Of a stretch of 64,000 nt of DNA, positions 50,371-59,761 are shown one piece after another; position 1 is the stretch's first letter; each line of letters begins with the position of its first letter. A model generated the notes under the pieces. That model had not been told where the DNA came from and made no database searches. It was given only the letters and a program-made list of their open reading frames with translations. The DNA is from a virus, in the IMG/VR virus record IMGVR_UViG_3300044825_002608, positions 35,658-99,657 of that record. One strand, 5' to 3'. A program made the translations under genes and the position numbers.

Positions 50371-50469
50371 ATAATTCCGCCTGAAGTTGACTGCAATCTC
50401 TACGGGTAGGAGAGTAGAAATACTCTCCTTTAAATTATAAATATTAATGCAGTCAACTAAAGAGCAGTT

Positions 50470-51216
50470 ATGGTAAATCCTAACAGATTTTATACTTACG
50501 CTTATTTAAGAGAGGATAGAACTCCTTATTACATAGGTAAAGGTAATGGAGATAGAGTTTATAGAAAAAGACAAAAGGGAGTTAACCCACCAAAAGACAA
50601 ATTCAGAATAATCTTATTAAAACAAAATATTTCAGAAGAAGAAGCATTCAAGCACGAAATCTATATGATTGCTGTTTTTGGTAGAAAAGATTTAGGAACT
50701 GGTATTCTTCATAATAGAACTGATGGGGGTGAGGGAATGTGTGGATATAAACATTCCGAAGAAACTAGAAAAAAAATTGGAGAAATTGGTAAAGGTAGAA
50801 AATGTAAAGATGAAACTAGAAAAAAATTAAGTAAAGCAAGTAAAAATAGAGTTTGTAGTGAGGAAACTAGAAAAAAATTAAGTGCATCGAAGACTGGCAA
50901 AAATAATCCTATGTATGGAAAAACTCCATCCAAAGAAACTAAAATAAAAGCAAGTAAAGCGAATAAAGGAAATAGTGCTTGTGGTTGGAATAAAGGTAAA
51001 AAAATGAAACCCTTTAGTGAAGATCATAAAAGAAAAATAAGTGAATATGCTAAAAATAAAAGTGAGGAACATAGAAAAAAATTGAGCGAATCTTCAAAAG
51101 GTAGAATATCTCCTAATAAAGGTAAAAAAATGAGTGAAGAACATAAAAGAAAAATAGGTGAAGCAAATAAAAAGAGATGGGAAGAAAAAACAACCTATTT
51201 AAATCTTAATAAATAA
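50470..51216 (+). CDS. free-standing GIY-YIG-like homing endonuclease with NUMOD3 repeats
   Basis: FYTYAYLREDRTPYYIGKG...LHNRTDGGEG; repeated SEETRKK/SEEHKRKI. Confidence 0.85.
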   Translation: MVNPNRFYTYAYLREDRTPYYIGKGNGDRVYRKRQKGVNPPKDKFRIILLKQNISEEEAFKHEIYMIAVFGRKDLGTGILHNRTDGGEGMCGYKHSEETRKKIGEIGKGRKCKDETRKKLSKASKNRVCSEETRKKLSASKTGKNNPMYGKTPSKETKIKASKANKGNSACGWNKGKKMKPFSEDHKRKISEYAKNKSEEHRKKLSESSKGRISPNKGKKMSEEHKRKIGEANKKRWEEKTTYLNLNK

Positions 51217-51238
51217 ATTATCTTGAATTCGTAACTTT

Positions 51239-51478
51239 ATGCCTACATATCGCTTTGAAAATACGGAAACTGGAGAAATATTTGAGAAATGGATGCTTAT
51301 GGCAGAAAAAGAACCATATCTCAAAGAAAATCCTCATCTTAAACCACTTATACCAACACAAATGAATGTTGGTGAAGTGGGCGATTGGAAAAATAAATTA
51401 ATTAATAAGCACCCAGATTGGAATACTGTTCTGGATCGTGCAAGTAAAGCACCAAAATCAACCGTAAAGAAAATTTAA
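51239..51478 (+). CDS. conserved T4-like hypothetical protein (FmdB-like MPTY start)
   Basis: MPTYRFEN...YLKENPH; lies directly before phoH. Confidence 0.7.
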   Translation: MPTYRFENTETGEIFEKWMLMAEKEPYLKENPHLKPLIPTQMNVGEVGDWKNKLINKHPDWNTVLDRASKAPKSTVKKI

Positions 51479-52233
51479 TGGCAAGAAAAAACAGAAGAGC
51501 AGATCAACCAATTGGGGTTGGTCTTACTACTCGTCAAATGAAGCGTAGAAAACCATTAAGTAGTGAGTATCTGATAGATATCGATCCTCTTACAGAAAAT
51601 CAAAGAAAACTTTTTAATTCGTATTCTGAAGGTAAGCATCTTGTTGCTTATGGGTGTGCTGGAACTGGTAAAACATTCATCACGCTCTACAATGCACTAA
51701 GAGACGTTCTTGATGAAAGAAGTCCTTATGAAAAGGTTTATATTGTAAGATCTTTAGTTGCTACTAGAGAGATTGGTTTTCTTCCAGGTTCTCATGATGA
51801 CAAGGCAGACATTTACCAAATTCCTTATAAGAATATGGTAAAGTATATGTTCCAAATGCCTAGTGATGCTGACTTTGAAATGCTCTATGGAAATCTGAAA
51901 TCTCAAGAAACAGTTAAGTTTTGGAGTACTTCATTCCTTAGAGGAACAACTCTTGATAACGCAATCGTAATTGTTGATGAGTTCCAAAACGCAAATTTTC
52001 ACGAATTATGTTCTATCATTACTCGTGTTGGTGAAAACTGTAAAATTATGTTTTGTGGAGACGCAACTCAAAGTGATCTTATAAAGACAAATGAAAGAAA
52101 TGGTGTTATTGACTTTATGAAAATTCTTAGATCTATGCCTTCTTTTGATATTATTGAATTTGGTATAGATGATATTGTTAGATCTGGGTTAGTTCGTGAA
52201 TTTATTATCGCCAAAGAAACTTTGGGTCTTTAA
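51478..52233 (+). CDS. phoH: PhoH-family ATPase
   Basis: GCAGTGKT, REIGFLPG, FLRGTTL, DEFQN, GDATQSD, IVRSGLV. Confidence 0.96.
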   Translation: MARKNRRADQPIGVGLTTRQMKRRKPLSSEYLIDIDPLTENQRKLFNSYSEGKHLVAYGCAGTGKTFITLYNALRDVLDERSPYEKVYIVRSLVATREIGFLPGSHDDKADIYQIPYKNMVKYMFQMPSDADFEMLYGNLKSQETVKFWSTSFLRGTTLDNAIVIVDEFQNANFHELCSIITRVGENCKIMFCGDATQSDLIKTNERNGVIDFMKILRSMPSFDIIEFGIDDIVRSGLVREFIIAKETLGL

Positions 52234-52311
52234 TAATGGTATTGATGAAAAACTTATAACAATTGACGAATCCATACCTATGGGATATAATAAAGGAAGA
52301 GTGAGGTCTTA

Positions 52312-52995
52312 ATGTTCAATCATATTGATATTGAATTACCCAAACTTGAAAGAACTACAATTGATGGGGTAAGATATTATGAAGTTCCTGATAATGGGGA
52401 ACTACTAAAATTAGTTTCAATTACTTCTGTAACTAGTCACAAAAATCGCCAGTTTTTTGCAAACTGGCGTAAAAAAGTTGGGGAAGAAAAAGCAAATAAA
52501 ATAACCAAACAAGCAACTAGTCGCGGTACTGATATGCATAGTTTGGTTGAAAATTATCTTTATAACATTCCAAAACTTCCAGAAGTCCAGCCTTTGTCAG
52601 AATTCTTATTTAAAATCGCTAGACCAGAATTAAATAAGATAAATAATATTTACGCTCTCGAAGGTTCTCTATACAGTAAAGTTCTTGGAATAGCAGGAAC
52701 AGTAGATTGTATTGGAGAGTTTGATGGAGAATTGGCAATAATTGACTTTAAAACATCAAAAAAACCAAAGCCCAAAGAATGGATTGAACATTATTTTGTT
52801 CAATGTATGGCATACGGGGCAATGTTTTACGAATTAACTGGAATTCCAATTAAAAAACTTGTAGTTATTATGGCTTGCGAAAATGGAGAATGCGTCGTTT
52901 ATGAAGAAAAAGACAAATCAAAATACATCAAACTCCTCACTGAATACATTAGAGAGTTTGTTAGAGATAGACTGGAACTCTATGGAACAAAATAA
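52312..52995 (+). CDS. PD-(D/E)XK exonuclease (T4-like cyanophage exonuclease A)
   Basis: SITSV, RGTDMH, AGTVDC...IIDFKTS, QCMAY. Confidence 0.88.
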   Translation: MFNHIDIELPKLERTTIDGVRYYEVPDNGELLKLVSITSVTSHKNRQFFANWRKKVGEEKANKITKQATSRGTDMHSLVENYLYNIPKLPEVQPLSEFLFKIARPELNKINNIYALEGSLYSKVLGIAGTVDCIGEFDGELAIIDFKTSKKPKPKEWIEHYFVQCMAYGAMFYELTGIPIKKLVVIMACENGECVVYEEKDKSKYIKLLTEYIREFVRDRLELYGTK

Positions 52996-53242
52996 AGAAC
53001 TAGAACAAGTAATTCAGGATAAGTTTCTTACTCCATCAAGATTTGCGATGGAAATTGAAAAGATTGTAATTGAAGAAAATCTCAATTATATTGATAGCAT
53101 CGTGCATTATTGTGAAATCAATGGTCTTGAAATTGAATCCGTAACGAAACTCATTTCAAAACCATTGAAGGAAAGACTCAAAAATGATGCAATTAATTTG
53201 AACTTTATGAAGAAAACTTCCCGTGCTCGTTTGCCTATCTAA
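52982..53242 (+). CDS. gp33: late transcription coactivator gp33
   Basis: FAMEIE...NYIDSIVHYCE...ISKPLKERL; synteny with gp59-gp32. Confidence 0.85.
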   Translation: MEQNKELEQVIQDKFLTPSRFAMEIEKIVIEENLNYIDSIVHYCEINGLEIESVTKLISKPLKERLKNDAINLNFMKKTSRARLPI

Positions 53243-53838
53243 TGGTGACGCCTTATCAAGTTTATACGGAGTATCTCGCCTTAAAATCGCACTTTACTAA
53301 TAAAAACTACGATTATTTCAAATATAATAAAAAAGTTCGTGCTTCAATAACATCATTTAACCGCCGGACCGATAAATATTGGTTCGAAAAGACAAGTCGC
53401 AAATATAAGGATGAAGAAATTGTTGATTTCTTTGTCTCCAACTTCGTTCAATCAGAAAGTAACTCTAACATATGGATTGGTTCTTTAATAAACGAAGGAG
53501 AAAAAGTCTATTCGGAGTGGAAAAAACGCCAACAGAGTTTGAGTTACTTGTTCAAAGAACAGTCAACGGAATTATTCTCAGAAACAGAATTAGAGAATGT
53601 ATTCAAGTGTTGCAAAGGTCATCCACCAGTTCTCAAAAAGTTTCTAAGCGGGAAACTATCCTTAGAAACCTTCATAATTTACGAAAGAATCTTCCAATTT
53701 GCAAAAGATTTTGATAAGAAACTGATTGACCCAGTGTGGGAAACCGTAAGTATGAAGATCAAGAAGTATTCTCCATTTTTACTACATATTAATATACTCC
53801 AATACAAAAAAATTTTACGGGATATTATAAATGAGTAG
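53242..53838 (+). CDS. gp59: helicase loader gp59
   Basis: YLALKSHF...YDYFKY...RTDKYWF; lies upstream of gp32. Confidence 0.88.
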   Translation: MVTPYQVYTEYLALKSHFTNKNYDYFKYNKKVRASITSFNRRTDKYWFEKTSRKYKDEEIVDFFVSNFVQSESNSNIWIGSLINEGEKVYSEWKKRQQSLSYLFKEQSTELFSETELENVFKCCKGHPPVLKKFLSGKLSLETFIIYERIFQFAKDFDKKLIDPVWETVSMKIKKYSPFLLHINILQYKKILRDIINE

Positions 53839-54160
53839 ATTTTTTGACTCAGAATTGATTCAACAAGAACTTAAAGAAATTAATGAACTTCAAGAATTTC
53901 TTTATGGGAGTATCTTATCTTTCGGTATAATGTCCCGTGAAGATAAATTGGAGCATATTGAAAAAATGACTCAACTGCTTGAAAAACAGCAGATTATGTA
54001 TACTCGTCTTTCTCTTTCTGATGATCCACAAGCGATTGAAATGAAAGAGAACCTTAGGAAATCAATTGCCATTATGGGATTTCCGCCAGAAACTGATATT
54101 GGAATGTTATTTTCAAGTATGAGTAAAACTATTGAGTCTCTCAGAAAGTATCTTGACTGA
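53831..54160 (+). CDS. conserved cyanobacterial/cyanophage helical protein (DUF1825-like)
   Basis: FFDSELIQQE...KQQIMYTRLSLSDDP. Confidence 0.75.
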   Translation: MSRFFDSELIQQELKEINELQEFLYGSILSFGIMSREDKLEHIEKMTQLLEKQQIMYTRLSLSDDPQAIEMKENLRKSIAIMGFPPETDIGMLFSSMSKTIESLRKYLD

Positions 54161-54181
54161 TTGAGTCATCCTTGCTATAAT
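54153..54181 (+). promoter_or_regulatory. sigma70-type promoter of gp32
   Basis: TTGACT-17 nt-TATAAT with an extended TG. Confidence 0.8.
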
Positions 54182-54225
54182 ATCTAAGTCAATCCCCCGA
54201 ATCCAAAACTATCCGAGGTAATCTA

Positions 54226-56304
54226 ATGGGCTTTGCCGATCTTAAAAAACAATCAAAACTTGGTTCCTTGACTGCTAAACTAGTCAAGGAAGTAGAAAAA
54301 ATGAATACTACTGGAGGATCTTCTGATGATCGTCTCTGGAAACTAGAATGCGATAAAAGTGGCAATGGATATGCTGTAATTCGCTTCCTACCCGCACCTG
54401 AGGGAGAAGATCTACCTTTTGTAAAGGTATACTCTCATGCTTTCCAAGGTCCTGGTGGTTGGTATATTGAGAACAGTCTTACCACTCTGGGACAAAAAGA
54501 CCCTGTATCTGAGCACAATACTCTACTCTGGAACAATGGCACTGATGCAGGTAAAGAACAAGCACGTAAGCAGAAGCGTAAACTAACTTATGTTAGTAAT
54601 ATTTACGTTGTAAAAGATCCTGTCAATCCAGAGAACGAAGGTAAAGTATTCCTTTAATTTTTAAAGAGGCATATAGTAGTAATACTATATGAAAACCAAG
54701 TGAATTGCTGGAAACTCTTGTTAGGTAAACTGACTAAAACAGATTCACTGTGAAAGAAAACTGTTCTTTTATAAATAGTTTTATATAAAAGAACACATAT
54801 GAATAAATTGTACTGTGATTTAGATGGAAAATACTATTCTAAAGTGGGAATAGTTCGAATAATAAAAAAATTCGGATTAGAACCAAAAAATTATTATGAT
54901 GAACACTTTAAACTAAATTCTGAAGGCATATGTCCTAACTGTGGAAATTTTACAAAATTTACAAAATTTTCTTATCGTAAGTTTTGCAATTCTAAGTGTT
55001 CTTCTCAGTATAATAAAAATGCTGAGAAAATGTGGAAAAATTCTTCTGAGGAGGATAAGAAATCCATAGTAAGTAAAATGTTGAATACTCGGTTTTCAAA
55101 TAATTCAAAAGAAGATATTGAAAAGAAAAGAGTAGCAACTTTACTTAAAAATACAGGATTTTCCTCTTACTCTGAATTTATTTCGCATCATAAAAAAGAA
55201 TGGTACAAAAGTTTAACTGAAGAAGAATATAATCAATTCTTCGACAATATAACTAAGTCTAGAAATCAATACAAATATCATATGTATACACTGAATGGTA
55301 TACAGGTTCGCACTCAGGGATATGAAAAATATGTCCTTGATGTTCTAACCAAGTATTTTGACAATACAAAAATTAAAGTAGATAGTAAAATATCAATAAG
55401 ATATAAAGATACTAACGGAAAAACAAAACGTTATTATCCAGATATCATAATAGATAATTTACTTTTTGAAGTTAAATCTTCATATACTTTAAAAATACAT
55501 AAAAATAATGTATTGTTAAAAATGGAAGCATCTAAAAATGCAGGATACATACCATTTCTAGTTGTATGGGAACCTAAAGAATCTGAAATGTGTAAAAACA
55601 GTTTAATAGAGACAATCAGCAGCCAAGACCTATCACAGAAGGTAAGGTTCAACGACTATCCGTTTATCGGAGTAGGTTATAAGCAAATGATAACCGAAGT
55701 GCTTGGAATCCATTCAAATGGATTATGATATAGTCTGTTCTATATTGAGAAATATAGCTGAATAAGATCGGGATTGGACTTGCGAACCAATCTGAACATA
55801 AAGTTTAAATACGGTAAAAAAATCTTTGACAAACTTACTGCCGCAATGCAACCCGAGTTTGAGGATGAAGAAGCAATTGATCCCTTTGACTTCTGGAAGG
55901 GTGCTAACTTCAAACTGAAAGCGAAGAATGTTGCTGGTTATCGTAACTATGATTCTAGTGAGTTTGCTTCTGCTGGTGCTCTTCTTGATGATGACGATGA
56001 ACTTGAAGCAATCTGGAAGCGTCAATATTCTCTTGCTGAATTTGTTTCTCCCGATCAGTTCAAATCTTATGAAGAACTGAAAAAGCGTCTTGATTATGTT
56101 CTTGGTAACAAAGGTACTCCACGTTATCAAGATCCTGAAGTTGAAGATGAAGAGGACTATCGTGGTCCTGCTCCAAGTCTGGACGAAGACCTTCGCACTG
56201 AACTCAACAATCTTCAACCCACTCGTCGTGTTGCGGTTGATGAAGATGATGAGGACGCTGATGATACGTTGCAATATTTTGCTCGCCTTGCCTCAGACGA
56301 CTGA
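54226..56304 (+). CDS. gp32: single-stranded DNA-binding protein gp32, two exons: join(54226..54654,55804..56304), 309 aa
   Basis: DDRLW, GNGYAVIRFLP, and NEGKVFL|FKYGKKIFDK restored by splicing; acidic C-terminal tail. Confidence 0.93.
54655..55803 (+). mobile_element. group I intron in gp32 with an endonuclease ORF
   Basis: Exon ends CUU, P1 CCUU/GAGG, terminal G; cores GAATTGCTGGAAAC, AATCAGCAGCCAAG, GTTCAACGACTA, GATATAGTCT. Confidence 0.9.
54799..55728 (+). CDS. intron-encoded putative PD-(D/E)XK homing endonuclease with an N-terminal Cys cluster
   Basis: CPNCG...FCNSKCS; RYYPDIIIDNLLFEVKS. Late promoter TATAAATA at 54770-54777. Confidence 0.8.
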   Translation: MNKLYCDLDGKYYSKVGIVRIIKKFGLEPKNYYDEHFKLNSEGICPNCGNFTKFTKFSYRKFCNSKCSSQYNKNAEKMWKNSSEEDKKSIVSKMLNTRFSNNSKEDIEKKRVATLLKNTGFSSYSEFISHHKKEWYKSLTEEEYNQFFDNITKSRNQYKYHMYTLNGIQVRTQGYEKYVLDVLTKYFDNTKIKVDSKISIRYKDTNGKTKRYYPDIIIDNLLFEVKSSYTLKIHKNNVLLKMEASKNAGYIPFLVVWEPKESEMCKNSLIETISSQDLSQKVRFNDYPFIGVGYKQMITEVLGIHSNGL

Positions 56305-56321
56305 TTCTGTGCTATAATACT

Positions 56322-56348
56322 GGGGAGGCAATGGTCTCCCCCTTTTTT
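56322..56348 (+). terminator. gp32 terminator
   Basis: GGGGAGGC-AATG-GTCTCCCC followed by a T tract. Confidence 0.75.
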
Positions 56349-56939
56349 ATGAAATCTGATTATCATATTGACCGAATCACAAAGAAGCAGGCAGAAGAAC
56401 TTCTTTTAACCCATCATTATCTTAAAGATTTTTCTAAGGGATACAAATCTGGATATAACTATGGTTTGTTTAAAAAGAATGATTTTTCACCTTTGAATAT
56501 TGGTGGTCCTGTGGGGGTCGTAATTTTTACTGGATTGTCAGTCCCAGAAATCGCAAAAGGAGCATTTGGACTTGAAAGAAATCAACAATAAGGACTTTTT
56601 GAACTTTCACGACTTTGTATACACCCTGGAACTCAGCAAGAAGAATACAATATTACTTCCTGGTTTGTATCCCGTTGTATCAAACAACTACGCAAAGAAA
56701 CAATCGTTAGGGCTATTATTTCTTATGCTGATTCAGATTTTCACAATGGTACTATTTACCGTGCTTGTAACTTTAAATATTGTGGACTTACTGACCCCAA
56801 AAAAGATTTTTACTATTCTGATGGAACCAAACATTCAAGAGGTAAAGTAAAAGGTGCCGAGGGAGAATGGAAAGAACGCTCCCGCAAGCACCGTTATGTT
56901 ATGATGTTTGATAAAACTTTAAATCTTTTATGGATTTAG
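56349..56939 (+). pseudogene. Mom-like (GNAT-fold) DNA modification gene interrupted by an in-frame TAA at 56589-56591
   Basis: HHYL...GVVIF | stop | FELSRLC...ISYADSDFHNGTIYRACNF continues in the same frame to a TAG. Confidence 0.75.
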
Positions 56940-56952
56940 TGAATTTATATTT

Positions 56953-57576
56953 TTAATTTTTTATCAATTTATCGTTTATATATTGAGATGACTCACTATA
57001 AGTCATCTCTTTTTTTATGTCAGTTAAAACTTGTTGTAAGTATATTGGTTTTAGAACATAGATGACTCTTTTTTTATTATTTTTATCAACCTCATATTCA
57101 TAATTGGTAATTCCAACCACAGGGTTTAGTGTTTGCAATTTATCTAAAGGGTTAGGAATGGTAAAGTTAGAATCAACAACTTGACCCTTAGGGAGTATTA
57201 GTCTATCTTGAGAATCTTTTACCTCAATAGTTTCATAATGGTGAATTGAATTCAATTCATTACCATAGATATTTTCTGCGTAAAGATAAAGTTGTTGATC
57301 TGATAATGGCCATTGATCTCTGATTTTTGTGATTCCAGCAGTGACTAAGACAACCCAGTCATATTGGGAACTGCCATATAATTCTTCTGCGACCGTATCT
57401 GGTCTAGCACCATCTACTATTTCATACTTATTAAAAATAGTAAAAACATTTTTCAAATCATCACGAAGTTTAACTCTACGAAATAAATTTTTTACAAGTA
57501 AATATTCGTTAGAAGATTTTTTGCTTGATAAAAATGACTCATACTCTAAATTTGGTAACTCTCTGAAATAAGACAT
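56953..57576 (-). CDS. gp53: baseplate wedge subunit gp53
   Basis: YFRELPN, GARPDTVAEELYG, WVVL, QWPL, IHHYET. Confidence 0.88.
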   Translation of the reverse strand: MSYFRELPNLEYESFLSSKKSSNEYLLVKNLFRRVKLRDDLKNVFTIFNKYEIVDGARPDTVAEELYGSSQYDWVVLVTAGITKIRDQWPLSDQQLYLYAENIYGNELNSIHHYETIEVKDSQDRLILPKGQVVDSNFTIPNPLDKLQTLNPVVGITNYEYEVDKNNKKRVIYVLKPIYLQQVLTDIKKEMTYSESSQYINDKLIKN

Positions 57577-58481
57577 TAGTAACCTACTCCTTCTCTACCT
57601 TCTGTAGTATTATCATATTCTTCAGCATAAATTGGGGACAGTTCTTGGAATTGTAATGTCATCTGCATATGAACTGGTGTTGCATCTGGATAACTTGCAT
57701 ATTGAGCAGATCCATTATAATTAACACTCATCTGGGTTAAAGCACAAGGTTTAAATCGATGTAAAAATGGGTGTTGTTTTCCACCACTCATGTATTGTAA
57801 TTTAAAAATATTAGGTGCTTTAACGAAAAGTCCGTTACCATTTTTTTCTGGAGTTCCTTTTTTTGGAGTCATATTTTGCTTGAAAGTTCTGATTATTTTT
57901 TTAATCATATCACTTTCTGATTTTGATCTAGGAACCATATCAAAAGTAAATTGGAATGCAGGTCTCATGGTTACACCATTAAATAATAATTCAACATTTT
58001 GATTGAAAACTTGTCCAGTATTTCTAGAAATAATTTGATTTATGTCTCCTTGACCCAATGCTGCCTGTAATCCTGCGGCAGCTGCTCCTGCTGCCAGACC
58101 TTGTTGACCCTCTCCAGTTGCTACTGCAGATCCAACTTTTTCAAAAAACTTATTTCCAGATTGAAGTATAGATGCTACAATATTCGAACTTAAAACTGCA
58201 TCCGCTCCAGCAGATGTTAAACTAGCCGATATTGGATTCATATTTCCAGAAACCCAATCTGCAGCATTATTATCTTGAATATTCGCTGGCATTGGAAGTA
58301 TAATAGTTTCTATAACAGTTTTTACACTTGCCAATGCCTGCTCTGTTGTCCCTAATGCAAATCCTTCACCAATCAAATCAAGTCCGGGTGCTTTATATTC
58401 TAATATTTGGATTTTAAAATAATCATCTTGACTTCCAATATGTTTAATTGGATATCTCAAAGAAGATTGTTGGAGGGCCAT
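57576..58481 (-). CDS. gp48: baseplate tail-tube cap gp48
   Basis: LPMP...NQNVELLFNG...FQFTFDMVPRS...CALTQMSVNY. Confidence 0.85.
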   Translation of the reverse strand: MALQQSSLRYPIKHIGSQDDYFKIQILEYKAPGLDLIGEGFALGTTEQALASVKTVIETIILPMPANIQDNNAADWVSGNMNPISASLTSAGADAVLSSNIVASILQSGNKFFEKVGSAVATGEGQQGLAAGAAAAGLQAALGQGDINQIISRNTGQVFNQNVELLFNGVTMRPAFQFTFDMVPRSKSESDMIKKIIRTFKQNMTPKKGTPEKNGNGLFVKAPNIFKLQYMSGGKQHPFLHRFKPCALTQMSVNYNGSAQYASYPDATPVHMQMTLQFQELSPIYAEEYDNTTEGREGVGY

Positions 58482-58503
58482 TTATTTTTTTAACTATTTA
58501 TTG

Positions 58504-59100
58504 TTAGTTTTGTACTAATTTTCCGTATGGAATTCTTAGTAGAATTGAAAATTCATCTCTGCTTAATTCATACAATCCGCTAACTAATCGATCTCCATCT
58601 TGAGTATTATATTGTCTGTATTTTCCAAGATGAAAATTATAACCTTTAAATCCTCTTGGTAATAAACTATCAACAATAATTAATGGGTATCTATCATAAC
58701 GAATTCTTGGAGTTTTAGCATAATAAACATAAGTATAATATCTTCCAGGAACAGGAGGAAGAGGTACTTCACTTCCACTAAGTCTGGACAATATTTCATT
58801 CATGAGTTCATCGGGGTTTTCTACTCCTAGTAAAGATTCTTTTAATTCTGTAAGACTTTTTGATTTACTTTTGCTATAAGTAGGACCTTTAACTCTTCTA
58901 GGAAGTTTTGGATTTGCTTCAATATACTCAATATCAACTTTAATGATATTGATAAGTTGTTGCTTAGTTAATTTTTCATATCCTCCAAGTTTTCCTTTTC
59001 CACTTGCTGTCTGATAATAAGGATTATATTCCTTAGCAATTTCTGCTAATTCTTTTTGAGTATATTGATCTAATGGTTTTTCGTATCCTGTGAGTGCCAT
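58504..59100 (-). CDS. gp2: DNA end protector gp2-like protein
   Basis: PGRYYTYVYYAKT...YDRYPLI...GYNFH; synteny with gp4. Confidence 0.65.
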   Translation of the reverse strand: MALTGYEKPLDQYTQKELAEIAKEYNPYYQTASGKGKLGGYEKLTKQQLINIIKVDIEYIEANPKLPRRVKGPTYSKSKSKSLTELKESLLGVENPDELMNEILSRLSGSEVPLPPVPGRYYTYVYYAKTPRIRYDRYPLIIVDSLLPRGFKGYNFHLGKYRQYNTQDGDRLVSGLYELSRDEFSILLRIPYGKLVQN

Positions 59101-59729
59101 TACTTGATATCTTTGATAAATTTTCCACCTTTCTTAAGAATATAATATCTAGAAAGTCCCGTCTGGTTTATTGCTTCGGTCATAGACTTATATATTTTAT
59201 TATTGTATTCTATCGATTTAGCAGCATAAGATTGGTTTTTCATAAATTCACTATGTCTTTTATGCTTTTCTTTATCAGTTCTATTTCTTTCTGCCATTTT
59301 TTTTAAATTTTTACTATAGTAAGATTTTGGTCTTGGATTATTTTTTAATTTTTCTTTCCAAGTATTTGATTGCTTTTGTCTTACTTCTTCCGGAATTTTT
59401 TTTCCTTTTAAACTTATTTTATTTGCTTCTCCTATTTTTTTCTTTGTTTCTTCATTTAAAATTCTTCCAGAAACACCGTCACCACCATTGGTTTTATTGT
59501 GAAGAATACCTGTTTTTAAATCTTTTCTTCCAAATATAAAAATCATATAAATTTCGTGTTTGAATGCTTCTTCCTCTGTTAGATTTTGTTTTAAAAAGAT
59601 TATTCTTGATATATTTTTTGGTTGGTTTATATTTCTTTGTTTGGATTTAATTCTATCTTCTTTACCTTTACCAATATAATATGGAGTACCGTCTTCTCTT
59701 AGATAGGCATATGTATAATATATTTTTAT
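59100..59729 (-). CDS. GIY-YIG-like homing endonuclease lacking a canonical start (ATA at 59729-59727); possibly a pseudogene
   Basis: Frame extends 61 codons upstream of the ORF-track ATG and encodes IYYTYAYLREDGTPYYIGKG; late promoter at 59753-59760. Confidence 0.75.
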   Translation of the reverse strand: MKIYYTYAYLREDGTPYYIGKGKEDRIKSKQRNINQPKNISRIIFLKQNLTEEEAFKHEIYMIFIFGRKDLKTGILHNKTNGGDGVSGRILNEETKKKIGEANKISLKGKKIPEEVRQKQSNTWKEKLKNNPRPKSYYSKNLKKMAERNRTDKEKHKRHSEFMKNQSYAAKSIEYNNKIYKSMTEAINQTGLSRYYILKKGGKFIKDIK

Positions 59730-59761
59730 CTGGTTTTATTTTCAATTTTTATTATTTATAA

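Noticed and set aside
52312-52995. Cas4 / CRISPR adaptation gene
   Set aside because: It is a PD-(D/E)XK exonuclease in its usual T4-like core position next to gp33-gp59-gp32.
56589-56591. Genome-wide stop-codon reassignment
   Set aside because: TAA, TGA and TAG all end genes normally elsewhere; the other apparent internal stops are explained by introns.
56925-56965. Possible 1-nt indel shortening the gp53 C-terminus (LIKN* versus LIKIKNINSLNP*)
   Set aside because: It falls in an A-run, affects only a few terminal residues, and cannot be told from sequencing error or normal variation.
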